NCBI GenBank assembly: GCA_002269645.1
Contig: NIVC01000374.1
Coordinates: 62,001-126,000 of the forward strand
Source of the DNA: Macrostomum lignano
Lineage: Eukaryota
Length of the DNA stretch: 64,000 nucleotides
Direction: 5' to 3'
Shown here: positions 13,100 to 24,111 of the stretch, piece after piece
Layout of the letters: each line of letters opens with the position of its first letter
Numbering within the stretch: position 1 is the stretch's first letter
The notes under the pieces: model-generated
The model's input: only the letters and a program-made list of their open reading frames with translations
Databases searched by the model: none
Told to the model about the DNA's origin: nothing
Made by a program: the position numbers and the translations under genes

Positions 13100-13665
13100 G
13101 TGTCTGATTTTGACCTCTCTCCTTACTGCTCTCTCATTGGCTGAGCCAGATTGGGCCTGCTCCCTAGGCTGAGTTTCGTCCGTCTGACTTTGACCTCTCT
13201 CCTTACTGCTCTCTCATTGGCTGAGCCAGATTGGGCCTGCTCCCTAGGCTGAGTTTCGTCCGTCTGACTTTGACCTCTCTCCTTACTGCTCTCTCATTGG
13301 CTGAGCCAGATTGGTCCTGCTCCCTAGGCTGAGTTTCGTCCGTCTGACTTTGACCTCTCTCCTTACTGCTCTCTCATTGGCTGAGCCAGATTGGTCCTGC
13401 TCCCTAGGCTGAGTTTCGTCCGTCTGACTTTGACCTCTCTCCTTACTGCTCTCTCATTGGCTGAGCCAGATTGGGCCTGCTCCCTAGGCTGAGTTTCGTC
13501 CGTCTGACTTTGACCTCTCTCCTTACTGCTCTCTCATTGGCTGAGCCAGATTGGGCCTGCTCCCTAGGCTGAGTTTCGTCCGTCTGACTTTGACCTCTAT
13601 CCTTACTGCTCTCTCATTGGCTGAGCCAGATTAGACCTGCCTCCTAGGCTGAGTTTCGTCCCGCT
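13100..13665. repeat. 80-bp tandem repeat, about 7 copies, each with a CCAAT box
   Basis: Period 80 (TGACCTCTCT at 13191 and 13271). Contains CTCATTGGCTGAG. Confidence 0.95.
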
Positions 13666-14052
13666 TGCTTTCACTTGTGTACATCGAATTAGATACCATT
13701 GTTTATTGTCCTTAACCCTTATTATACTCCTGAGGCCGCAAGCCCCGTGGAAGGCAAGGAATTTCAGCTGCCATATTAAGTTTAAGTGACACTGCGCAGA
13801 AAAACTACTGAAAAAGAGTAGATGCTTTACTTTTTTACTAATTAAACTGAGTCACATAATTTCGCTATTCCAGTATCTCTGCCGAAAAATGGCCTCCAAA
13901 AACAATGATTTTGAAAGATTTTCACACAAGCAGCAAAGTACCACACGGAATGTTTCTCACTCTCAAAACTGGCTCATTTTTTGTATTTAAAAAAATCGAT
14001 CGATAATATTAGAACCGAAAGATCAATAAGTATAGATACGTCGATGCCATTG

Positions 14053-17000
14053 TCACTGATTCAACTGGCTAAAATCCGCCCAGCCTTCGTTACTACTATC
14101 GGCAGTAGTACTAACAGTCTCATCAGCAGTATCAGTGGCATTAACTACGGCAGACTGCTCAAATGAGCTGAAATCTGCCCAGCCTTCGTTACTACCACTG
14201 GCAGTAGTACTGGCGGTCACATCAGCAGTAGTAGTGGCGCTAAATCCAGCAGCCGACTGCTCAAACGAGCTGAAGTCTGCCCAATCGGTAGCTGCAGCAG
14301 GCTGAGCCGTAGCAAAAGCAGCAAAAGGAGCCTCCTGTTCGTGTTGTTGTTGTTGCTTTTGCATTTCCTGACGACGCCTAGCCGAGCCGGAGACAATAAA
14401 AGCCGGCCCGATTCCAGCATCCTCATCAGCATCATCATCATCGTCTCCGCTGTCAATCTCATCGATTTCGTCGTCATTCTCGGGGTCGTTCTTGCTCAGG
14501 CATGATTTATTGAAACTGTCGCTACCGACTGGCCGAGTCAAATTGAGAGACGGCGGCGGCGCCACGGCGCCAGGCGGAGCGCCAAGTATCGCTGCTGCTG
14601 CTGCGGCGGCAGTTGAGTTATTAGCAACAGTCGCAGTTGCTAGGCTATTTAATTTGGCTAAATCGCCGTCAACAAATGCTTGCCAATCGTCTGATAATTG
14701 TTGATCGCCCAATTCTGTAGCCCAATTGGACAGACAGCAATTGTTATTGATGCAGTTGGCCAGCCGGACTAGGTGCCCTCGGTATCCAGGCACGCCGTTT
14801 CTGGAGAATCGGCTAATCGCGTCAATCAGCCTATCAGGCAGCCGAGCTTCTATCAATAACTGACGAGCCAAGCGTAGCTGAGGCGAATTCGAATCGATAA
14901 AACAAATCGGAGTGGAGTTCAACACGCTTGAGCAGCAGCGCTCGGTCACAAGATGAAGAAAGCTGCACCAAGGATAGGCCAATGCCAGATTCAACAGCCG
15001 AGGCAGAGCTGAATGGGCTAACATAGTGTCAGTTAAACTGGCTGCCACACTGCCAGACAGAATGCCGCTACTACTACTACTATCAGTAGCTGCAGGCTGC
15101 AGCAGCAGCAGCTGCACCAGACGGAGAAGCAGGCGGCCAATCAGGAGGCGCGGCCGACCAACCGGCGGTTCAAGTGGCGGCCCCGCCGTGTGCGGCATCT
15201 TCGGCCAACGCTGCGACACTGGCGGCGACTCCAGCAGTTCAAGCAGAGCCGCCAGTCTGTTGCTATCCAGCAGAGCCGAGATAGCAGATTCTGCAACAAT
15301 GGACAGCCGCTCAGGACTCAGCCTGTGCTGCTGCTGCTTCTGTTGCTGCGGCGAGGTCGAGGCCTGCTTCGAGCTGCCGAACGCTTCAGCTGCTGCACCC
15401 GCACCCATTCGATCGCCATCCAATTCTGGCGCTAACAGGACTTCAGAGTCACCACCGCTGCCGCTACCGCTGCCGACAAAGTCCGGATCGTCTAGCAGAG
15501 CCAGAACAACTTGCAGCGACGCCACGGTCAAGGACTCCTCAGCTCGAGTGTCCGGCTTCAGCAGGGCTGACAGCAGGCGGTCGGTCGTTTGGCGACTCTC
15601 CAGGAGGTCCAGCAGTCCGTGGCCGCTCTTGGCTGCTTCCGTGTCTGATGTCTGCTGGTGTTTTGGATTAATTGGACTTTGAGTTCACCTTCATGGCTGA
15701 GTACCAGCGGTGGGGCAGGTACTTCACACTGGCTCACAGCTGCCCTCCCTCATCACTCAGGTACTTCACGCTGGCTCACAGCATCCCTCCCTCATCACTC
15801 AGGTACTTCACTCACCTGTACCAGCTGAGAAGCCTGCTCACGACAATAGGCCAGCATACTGCAGATGCAATCCGCGGCATTGTAACGCCGCTCTTCCGAA
15901 GCGTCCGAGCCAGTCAACGCGTCAAGAAGGCGATCAACCAGGCCGGATCTGATCAGCCAATCGCTGGCCTCGGCGCTGATCTCCGATGCCGAGGCGCTGG
16001 CCGCTACCGCACCTGTTGAATCTTCTTCATCTCGCATAGTGACTATAGCTAGCAGGAGGTCAACTACAGCTGCAGTGGCCGTGTGGCTCACTAATTTGGC
16101 TACGAATTTACCGTTGGGCAGCGCTTTCCAATAGGCCAGTAGGCGCTTGCTCTTGCGCCTGGCCAGCAACTGCAGCACCTGAGGAATTTGTCATAATCAA
16201 GTAGTTATTGCACCTATTTATTTGTATAGGCAGGTCTAAAATCAATATTGCTGTGTCCGATTGGGTTGACAGCCTGCCAAAACTCCCTTCATTAATCTGT
16301 CTAATCTCCATTCACTCGCCTGTCTAAGCTTCCTTCACTTACCTGTCTAATCTCCCTTCACTCACCTGTCTAATCTCCCTTCACTCAGCTGTCCAATCTC
16401 CCTTCACTCGCCTGTCTAATCTCCCTTCACTCACCTGTCTAATCTCCCTTCACTCACCTGTCTAATCTCCCTTCACTCGCCTGTCTAAGCTTCCTTCACT
16501 CACCTGTCTAATCTCCATTCACTCGCTTGTCGATTCTCCTTTTACTCAGCTGTCTAATCTCCTTTCTCTCAGCTATCCAATATTCCTTTACTTATCTGTT
16601 TTAACGTTCCTTGACTATCTGTCTTATCTTTTTAGTGCCTTCAAATTAGTGGCTTTAACACAGGGTAAACGGGAGAGTATCTATGACAAAGATGCTTCGC
16701 CACCTAATAAACATACAATTATTAAGATTGATTACCTTAGACACGAAACTGGCTGTCAAAGGATTAAGCGGCAGATCTGATTGCAAATATTCGCACAACC
16801 GATCCAGATGCCGATCTCCATCAACCAGAGCATCATTAAGCGACTCAATATCGCAGGTAAGCAGTTCGCAGCACACATTCGGATGACGATAGCGCACCTT
16901 GTCTGACAAGGCGCAGTCAGGCTCCGAGACAATGATAGAAATCATCTGCTCCATCACTGCCTCACCGCACAGGTAGGTTAATAGTTTAGAGTTCTGAGAC

Positions 17001-17110
17001 TTGCACTCCTGAATGACGCTCTCATCGTCCAGCACTTCGGCTAGTTGTACATCAGATTTTTCCAACACCGTGTCAATGTTGGACAGCATGCAGGGCATTT
17101 GCCAAAACAT
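14053..17110 (-). CDS. PPP6R3: Protein phosphatase 6 regulatory subunit (SAPS/SIT4-associated domain), about 779 aa. Exons 17110-16736, 16178-15816, 15654-14053
   Basis: The N-terminus MFW...IDTVLEKSDVQLAEVLDDESVIQECKSQNSKLL...RYRHPNVCCELLT...LNPLTASFVSK|VL matches the PPP6R/SAPS family. GCCGCC-ATG context. Phase-0 GT-AG introns (AAG|GTAATC, CAG|GTGAGT). The exon 3 acceptor is NAGNAG (15654 or 15651). Acidic C-terminus. Confidence 0.92.
15716..15815. repeat. 42-bp duplication (about 2.3 copies) in PPP6R intron 2
   Basis: GTACTTCAC recurs at 15719, 15761 and 15803. Confidence 0.85.
16290..16575 (-). repeat. 23-bp minisatellite in PPP6R intron 1
   Basis: Plus-strand unit CTGTCTAATCTCCCTTCACTCAC. 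Confidence 0.9.
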
Positions 17111-17234
17111 GGCGGCAGATTTGGCATGGGTTAATAAGTTTTTATTGCTTTCGGATTCAAGGAATTTAGGAAATTCGAATACCTATGCTTACAATTAATA
17201 TTCTATACGCATAATTGTGAGAAAGATCAAATCA

Positions 17235-18160
17235 AATCAGAGCCTCTCACATCCAATCAGAACCCCTCACATCCAATCAGAACCCCTCACATTCAATCAG
17301 AACCCCTCACATCCAATCAGAACCCCTCACATCCAATCAGAACCCCTCACATCCAATCAGAACCCCTCACATCCAATCAGAACCCCTCACATCCAATCAG
17401 AACCTCTCACATTCAATCAGAACCCCTCATATCCAATCAGAACCCCTCACATCCAATCAGAACCCCCCACATCCAATCAGAACCCCTCACATTCAATCAG
17501 AACCCCTCACAGCCAATCAGAACCCTCACATTCAATCAGAACCCCTCACATTTAATCAGAACCCCTTACATTCAATCGGAACCCCTTATACCCAATCAGA
17601 ACCCCTCACATTCAATCGGAAACCCATACCCATTCAGAACCCCTCACACCCAAGCAGAACCCTTCAAATTCAATCAGAAACCCTCACATTCAATCGGAAC
17701 CCCTCAAACCCAATCGAAACGCCTCACATCTAATCAGAACCCTTCAAATTCAATCAGAACCCCTCACACCAAATCAGAACCCCTCATATCCAATCAGACA
17801 ACTTCATATCCAATCAAAACCCCTCACACCAAATCAGAACCCCTCACACCAAATCAGAACCCCTCATATCCAATCAGAACCCCTCACACCAAATCAGAAC
17901 CCCTCACACCAAATCAAAACCCCTCACACCAAATCAGAACCCCTCACACCAAATCAGAACCCCTCACACCAAATCAGAACCCCTCATATCCAATCAGAAA
18001 CCCTCACACCAAATCAGAACCCCTCACACCAAATCAGAACCCCTCATATCCAATCAGAAACCCCTCCCATTTAATCAGAACCATCGCGGCCAATCAGAAG
18101 CACTTAAACTGAACCACAACCCCTTACAACCAATCAGAACACCTCACACCCAATCAGACC
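17235..18160. repeat. 20-bp CCAAT-containing minisatellite upstream of the PPP6R start
   Basis: Unit ATCCAATCAGAACCCCTCAC, about 45 copies, decaying distally. Confidence 0.95.
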
Positions 18161-18944
18161 ACCCACGCATTTTTAGATACTGTGTCACCTGTCTAGCTTG
18201 TAATTTTTGTAAAAATAACTTGGAAAAACGGAAAATTTCATTAAATATTAAATTATAACTCCCGTTTTTAATTGACGCTTAAAATGAGAAAAACAGCTGG
18301 TAACATTGCACAATAAAGTTATTAAATCAACTGAGTAGATGTGGAATAAAAAGCTAACAAATAAAAAGTCAAATGTGAATCTTATTAAACGATATAAAAT
18401 TTTAACAAACCTAAGTAATTAATCAACAGATTTCTGTATCAATCACAATGATATCTGTCTTATACTTAAAGTAAGCATATTTTTGGGACTAAAAATATAT
18501 ATAGACTGGGAAGAAAGCACGTTTGAAAAATAAGTTACTGAATGTTGGACAGAGAAAAATAATTCATTTAAATCCTGCATAGAAAAATTCTGCATTGCAT
18601 TGTGCGGTAAATAGCTTTAAAAATTACAAATTTATACTAAATAACCTACATTTTCAAACTATACTACTCAATCAGAAAGCTTGAAGCGATTTTTATCCAA
18701 GTTTTAGAAAATAATTCCAAAGTAAAAAGAATCTGCTGCATTGTAAATGTGAATAAATGGAATTCTTTGTTCCAGGTAGTTAATATATCTTGGCCGTCAC
18801 TTGAAATTATACCTGCTAATAGTTGCTGAAGCGTATAGAATAGGAATGATAAAAAACTAATTTATTAGGCAAAGCATACTAACAATACTCATTTTAATAC
18901 TGGATTACTGTCTGACTATAATTATGCATTAATACCGAACTGTG

Positions 18945-19243
18945 CCAAGCATCGGAGAGAGAGAGAGAGAGTAAAGCCATGGCTTAAAGAGAGGCTTTGA
19001 TGCCAAAGCTCACAGGGGATGCCGACACGAGTATCCTAGGCTGGATAGGAACTGATTACACCTGCCTTAATGGTCGCCCCACACCCTCAATTCCCCAGCT
19101 AATGCTGGCACCCATTTTACAGCCGGGGTGAGAACTGAACCAATGCAGTGTTAAGTTTCTTGCTCAAGGACACAAATTGTTCCGAGTGGGATCGGGAATC
19201 GAACCCCCGACGTTTCAGTCACGAGTCCGACGCTCTAACCACT
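18945..19243 (-). mobile_element. tRNA-derived SINE with CORE-like central domain
   Basis: The minus strand reads A box AGTGGTTAGAGC, B box GGTTCGATTCCC, then TGTGTCCTTGAGCAAG..ACTTAAC...CTGTAAAATGGG (resembling the MIR/CORE domain) and a (TC)n tail. Confidence 0.8.
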
Positions 19244-19911
19244 AATACTATAGTTGAGTTCTTCCTTTAGGATGCTAACAATAGCGACTATACACGTAGT
19301 GTAGTATTCAAATGTAGTATTCAAACACAATCTATGCCACAGATACTAGAATATCTAGATGGGCCAGTCAGGCATATATATTTAGCAAAACAGCTTTCTA
19401 CTTTCAGTTCAGTAGCAAAGAAGAATATATAAGCTATTTTATAAGAATAAAGGCAGCTGAAATTACTTTGATAATTTTAGAAGCCCAAGCTTGTAGGCGT
19501 AAACAGCTTGCTAATTGGTTCAGCAATAATGTACATTAGCAAGTCCACTGAAATGTACATGAGCTTTAGGCTGGCTGGAAGTCCGAGAAGGGCAATAAAA
19601 ATTGGGGCGGGCGGAGGGGGTAGTGTGGAAAGGCGCAGTTGGAAGGCTTAAGCTGGGAGGTAAGAGCCAATTAATAAGCATTAGCTTTAAAAATAAATTA
19701 AAATACTTCTGTTTACTTACTACTGAACTGAAAGTAGCTTGTACGCAAATGCGCTGGGTGGCCCATCTAGTTATTCTAGCATCTGTGATCTATGCCCTGT
19801 TGGTAACAGGCCGGAGTAAATAATACCGCATTTCGAAGAACGAATGCCTCGCCAGATAATTAGTACCTTATTTGAAACTTCGGAATGGATTTTTTTAGAC
19901 TTAATGATTAG

Positions 19912-21845
19912 TTAAATTCGATTATCACAACTTGACACCTGATTATTTGAAGCTGCCACCACAGCCTCGCCATCATCGGCCAGAGTGGAACTTGTTGAAG
20001 CCGTGTTCGACACCGAAGCATCAGCGCTGACAGGTCGATGAGGCCGATGCCGCCGCCAGCGTCTTCGATCCACGGTGCTGTAGGCCGGAGGCGGCGTACC
20101 GACTGCCGCATAGTGAGGCGGCGGCGGCGGGCACCGGCTACGAATTCTACTACTATTAGTAGCACTATTAGCGGCAGTAGTAGCAATAGCAATAAAATCT
20201 CGATTGCCAAAATCTGACACAATTAATCCGTTGCCACGCGGATCTAACATAATTCGGGAATCTCTCGGCCTGAGCTGCCGGCCGCAGGCGAGACAGCAGG
20301 ACAAAGCGACGCCTAATTCCATTAGGCTTAACAGCATAGCTAATCCGCTAGTGATTAGATCGGCTAGATCTGGCGGAGATCGCCTACTACTAATAGTAGA
20401 TTGCGCCACATTAAAATACTGATGCGCTTCAACAATATAGGCGTGCAAAGCGATGCCGCTGCAGCTTAGAAGGATTAAGCTGGCTAAGCAGGCTGCCTGG
20501 CACAGTACGAACAGGCCCAGCACAGTGCCAAACTGTTTCCTCCGGCTGGTGGCGATGCCGTGACAGGCGGCTGTCAGAATTACGGCTCCGGCTATTAGTC
20601 TGGCGAATACGCAGCTGCCGGCAGATTCCTTTGATCTGGGTGGGAGATTAGCCATCCCTTAGTTGGTTGCGGTTAAATATGAGGCGGTACTCAACACAGA
20701 TGGAGAGGGATAGAATGAGAGGAAGAGAATGGCGGAGAGAAGGGAGAAGAGGAGGGAGAGAAGGGGAGAGAGAAGGGGAGAGAGAGAAGGGAAGGGAGAA
20801 GAGGAGGGAGAGAAGGGGAGAGAGAAGGGGAGAGAGAGAGAAGGGAAGAGAGAAGGGGAGAGAGAAGGGGGAGAGAAGGGAAGAGAGAAGGGGAGAGAAG
20901 GGGAGAGAGAAGGGGAGAGAGAAGGGAGAGAGAAGGGGAGAGAGAAGGGGAGAGAGAAGGGGAGAGAGAAGGGGAGAGAGAAGGGGAGAGAGAAGGGGAG
21001 AGAGAAGGGGAGAGAGAAGGGGAGAGAGAAGGGGAGAGAGAAGGGGAGAGAGAAGGGGAGAGAGAAGGGGAGAGAGAAGGTAGAGGAGGGAGAGAAGGGG
21101 AGAGAGAAGGGGGGAGAGAGAAGGGGAGAGAGAAGGGGAGAGAGAAGGGGAGAGAGAAGGGAGAAGAGGAGGGAGAGAAGGGGAGAGAGAAGGGGAGAGA
21201 GAGAAGGGAGAAAAGGGGGAGAGAGAAGGGGAGAGAGAAGGGAGAGAAGGGAGAGAAGGGGAGAAAGAAGGGGAGAGAGAAGGGGAGAGAGAAGGGAGAG
21301 AGAAGGGAGAGGAGGGAGAGAAGGGGAGAGAGAAGGGGAGAGAGAAGGGGAGAGAGAAGGGGAGAGGAGGGAGAGAAGGGGAGAGAGGAGAGGAGGGAGA
21401 GAAGGGGAGAGAGAAGGGGAGAGAGAATGGAAAGGAGAAGAGAAGGGAGAGAAGAGGGAGGCAATAGACGAGAAGGGGGAGGTATGAGATTGGTAAGGGA
21501 GAGGAAAGACAAGAGACAAGCAGGAAGACATCAAATAACAATTATTTACAAATAAAAGAAGCCAAACCAAACAGACCTGGTGGCAGCTACAGCAGACAAA
21601 ATAAGGGCAGCTGTGGCGCACAGAGCCTGCACCAGAGACATCACAAATAAGCTCTCATTGCGAATACGGCGCCTAGTCAATCCAAATAGGCATATACAGA
21701 ATCTGTGCCAAAGGTAATAGCCCCATGTCTGCTGCTGCACTGCCGAGTCAGCTGATGGCATAGCAGCATTGTTGACACTGATAGTGGATATTGACACTGG
21801 GCACTGACTGTTATCAGTCTGTGGTACAGTGTCCCCTGCAGCCAT
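19912..21845 (-). CDS. MS4A/CD20-like multi-pass (about 4 TM) membrane protein, about 330 aa. Exons 21845-21577, 20635-19912
   Basis: Donor AG|GTCTGT and acceptor ctaat...cccAG join in phase 2 (AATR|SKESAG). Four hydrophobic segments, with MELGVALSCC in the last, followed by a Pro-rich PPHY/PPAY tail. The family call comes from topology only. Confidence 0.7.
20700..21510. repeat. Polypurine (GAGAGAAGGG)n intronic array
   Basis: 10-bp purine unit inside the intron of the MS4A-like gene. Confidence 0.95.
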
Positions 21846-22439
21846 TTTATGGGCAATGATAGACAAGCTGATCTAAATGACCTGTTTTGTTTTAGCTGTG
21901 TTAACCACTTGTTGAAAATGAACTGAAAAAAGTAATTAAACAATTTTATAGTCATGGTTCTATGGGATTAGGAATATTAGAAGGCATTTTTTAGGATAAT
22001 AAGTCAAAAGTATATATTAGGCCTTAACAGCGTTGCCTATTGTCTTATTGTTAAAATATTAGACAATACGAGTATTAAACATTTTATTTTTGTACTTAGG
22101 GGCTTAGTAATACCCGAATGGCATTGTTATTTTGACCTTATACTATATCATTCTATTGGTATTTTAGCTTTAAACTGTCTATATAATATAAAATACCTTC
22201 ATTAAAAATATATTTCTCTTTAAAAGAGTATTTATTATTATCATGTTTTGCTAAGCAATAGATGATTTTTACTTAAGTCTTTTATATTTTTCGTATGTAA
22301 AATATATTGTCTCACCTAGTTATAATTTTGATCTTGAAAGTAAATAATAAAAATATCTAATAATCTATGAAGTAATATATTAGGATTAAAAAATATGAAA
22401 ATATATTACTTTCAAATATTACCATACTGGTATACTTAA

Positions 22440-24002
22440 ACATGAATTCTGGCTATTTTGCCAGCAAACCATTTTGCCCATAGACTGTTTTGCCTATAAG
22501 CCAGTTTGACTATAGGCATTTAGACCACAATAGTGATTTGATTATATGTACCTATCCATATTACTAAGCAATATTTAGCTTTTCAATGCTAATGTTTTAT
22601 CTTTAATATATAATAAAATATAAATACTAGGCACCCAATCTATGAAAGGAAGGGTATACCTATATGATAAAAATTTCTGTCATATATTGGCCTTACCTAT
22701 ATTGCACATATTGTATATATAACTTAAGTTACGCTTATAGCAACTTTAAACTATTATTCACTTGTGTCATAACAATGATTGTAGCAATAAGTCAATTCTA
22801 AGGCTAAGCCAATGACATATAGTTCATAATTTCCAAAAGACAATATTAAAAATTTCTCTTTGCTTTCAGAAAATGTTTTATTTTTATAATAACTATACAA
22901 TTGCTAGTTGCTAAGCAATTGCTAATTGCTTAAAATTTGCAAGTATATCTAGAGTATTCTTCTTTGTCAGTTTTTGATAACTTTAGCACTGATGCTATCA
23001 AATTGTTTGCAAAATCATTTAGCATTTTTAGTGTTTTTCTTCTATAGTTTGGAAGGTGACATGTACGCCGGGATTTCCCAGTATACAATAAGGGTCTTTA
23101 CCATTTTTAGCGTACATCATGACACAGCAAATACATTGTATCAAATAACAATTTTTTTTATATTGGTGCACACACCTACAACCTCAAACCTCAAAGCCTA
23201 CAAATGAGGTCTTGTCATTTTTTCTAGCATTAAACCCAGCATATACTAATACATAATCTAAACTATGGTTTTTCCCATAGTCTCAAAGAGGCCCTTTTTT
23301 GGTAAAAATTCCTGCACAGATAGGCCTTTGAATATGTGTGCCACACTTGCAGCATAGAACCATTTCTACTACATATAGCCACGTACTTAGTGTGCACAGC
23401 AAATTGTATGCTGCTATGCAATGTTGGTATGTCGCGTGCAGTGGTACAATGCAAGAGAGTCAATAGTGCAGCTCATACATCAAGACCAAATTGAAAATCT
23501 ATTAAACTGAAATAATATTCTTATTATTGTAAATATGTTTTTATTTTCTTAAGGATTTATATATAGTTCTATATGTTTCAACAAAGATTGATTTTATGAT
23601 GCAACAAAGACATTTTCTATAGTTTTATTTAAACTGTTTACTTTTTGAAAAAGTTTATTCCTAGTACTAAAACTTCTGCATATAAAAACCTTACACTGGT
23701 GGCATTGCAAATTTTACTTTTTGTTTTTGAATGTTAGTCTTGATAAATGATGTCTTCATTTTTATAGCAATTTAAGTAATCTATGTGTAGTGCGTATATA
23801 ATTGTTGCAATGGCAAAAGGTCCTTTATTCTTGCAACTGCAAAAAAGGTCATTTATTGTCACAACTCCAAAAAAGTTATAAAAATGCACATAAGTCATTT
23901 TGATCAGACACATGCTTGGAGGAAAAATGGTCCATGGCTGAATAGTCTATGGGCAAAATAGTCTATGGCCAAAATGGTTTAGGGGCAAAATGACTAATTA
24001 CC
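22440..24002. mobile_element. Old TIR element, possibly Kolobok-like, non-coding
   Basis: Roughly 80% identical inverted arms (ATTTTGCC..AAACCATTTTG.CCATAGACT) at about 22452-22510 and 23940-24000, with TTAA on both outer flanks and an AT-rich interior. Confidence 0.45.
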
Positions 24003-24111
24003 TTAAATATGGATAAATAGTAGTGATCTACCATAATTGTAGCTATGCTTATGGTTATGGGAAAATTTAGGGTGGCACTTTTTAGCAAAATTTGGTTTTG
24101 GATTGTACTTG

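Noticed and set aside
7097-13665. CRISPR-like appearance of 20-38-bp repeats
   Set aside because: The units are directly adjacent with no unique spacers, there are no cas genes, and the context is eukaryotic.
19170-19243. tRNA gene
   Set aside because: It has A and B boxes but no complete cloverleaf, and it continues into a SINE body and tail.
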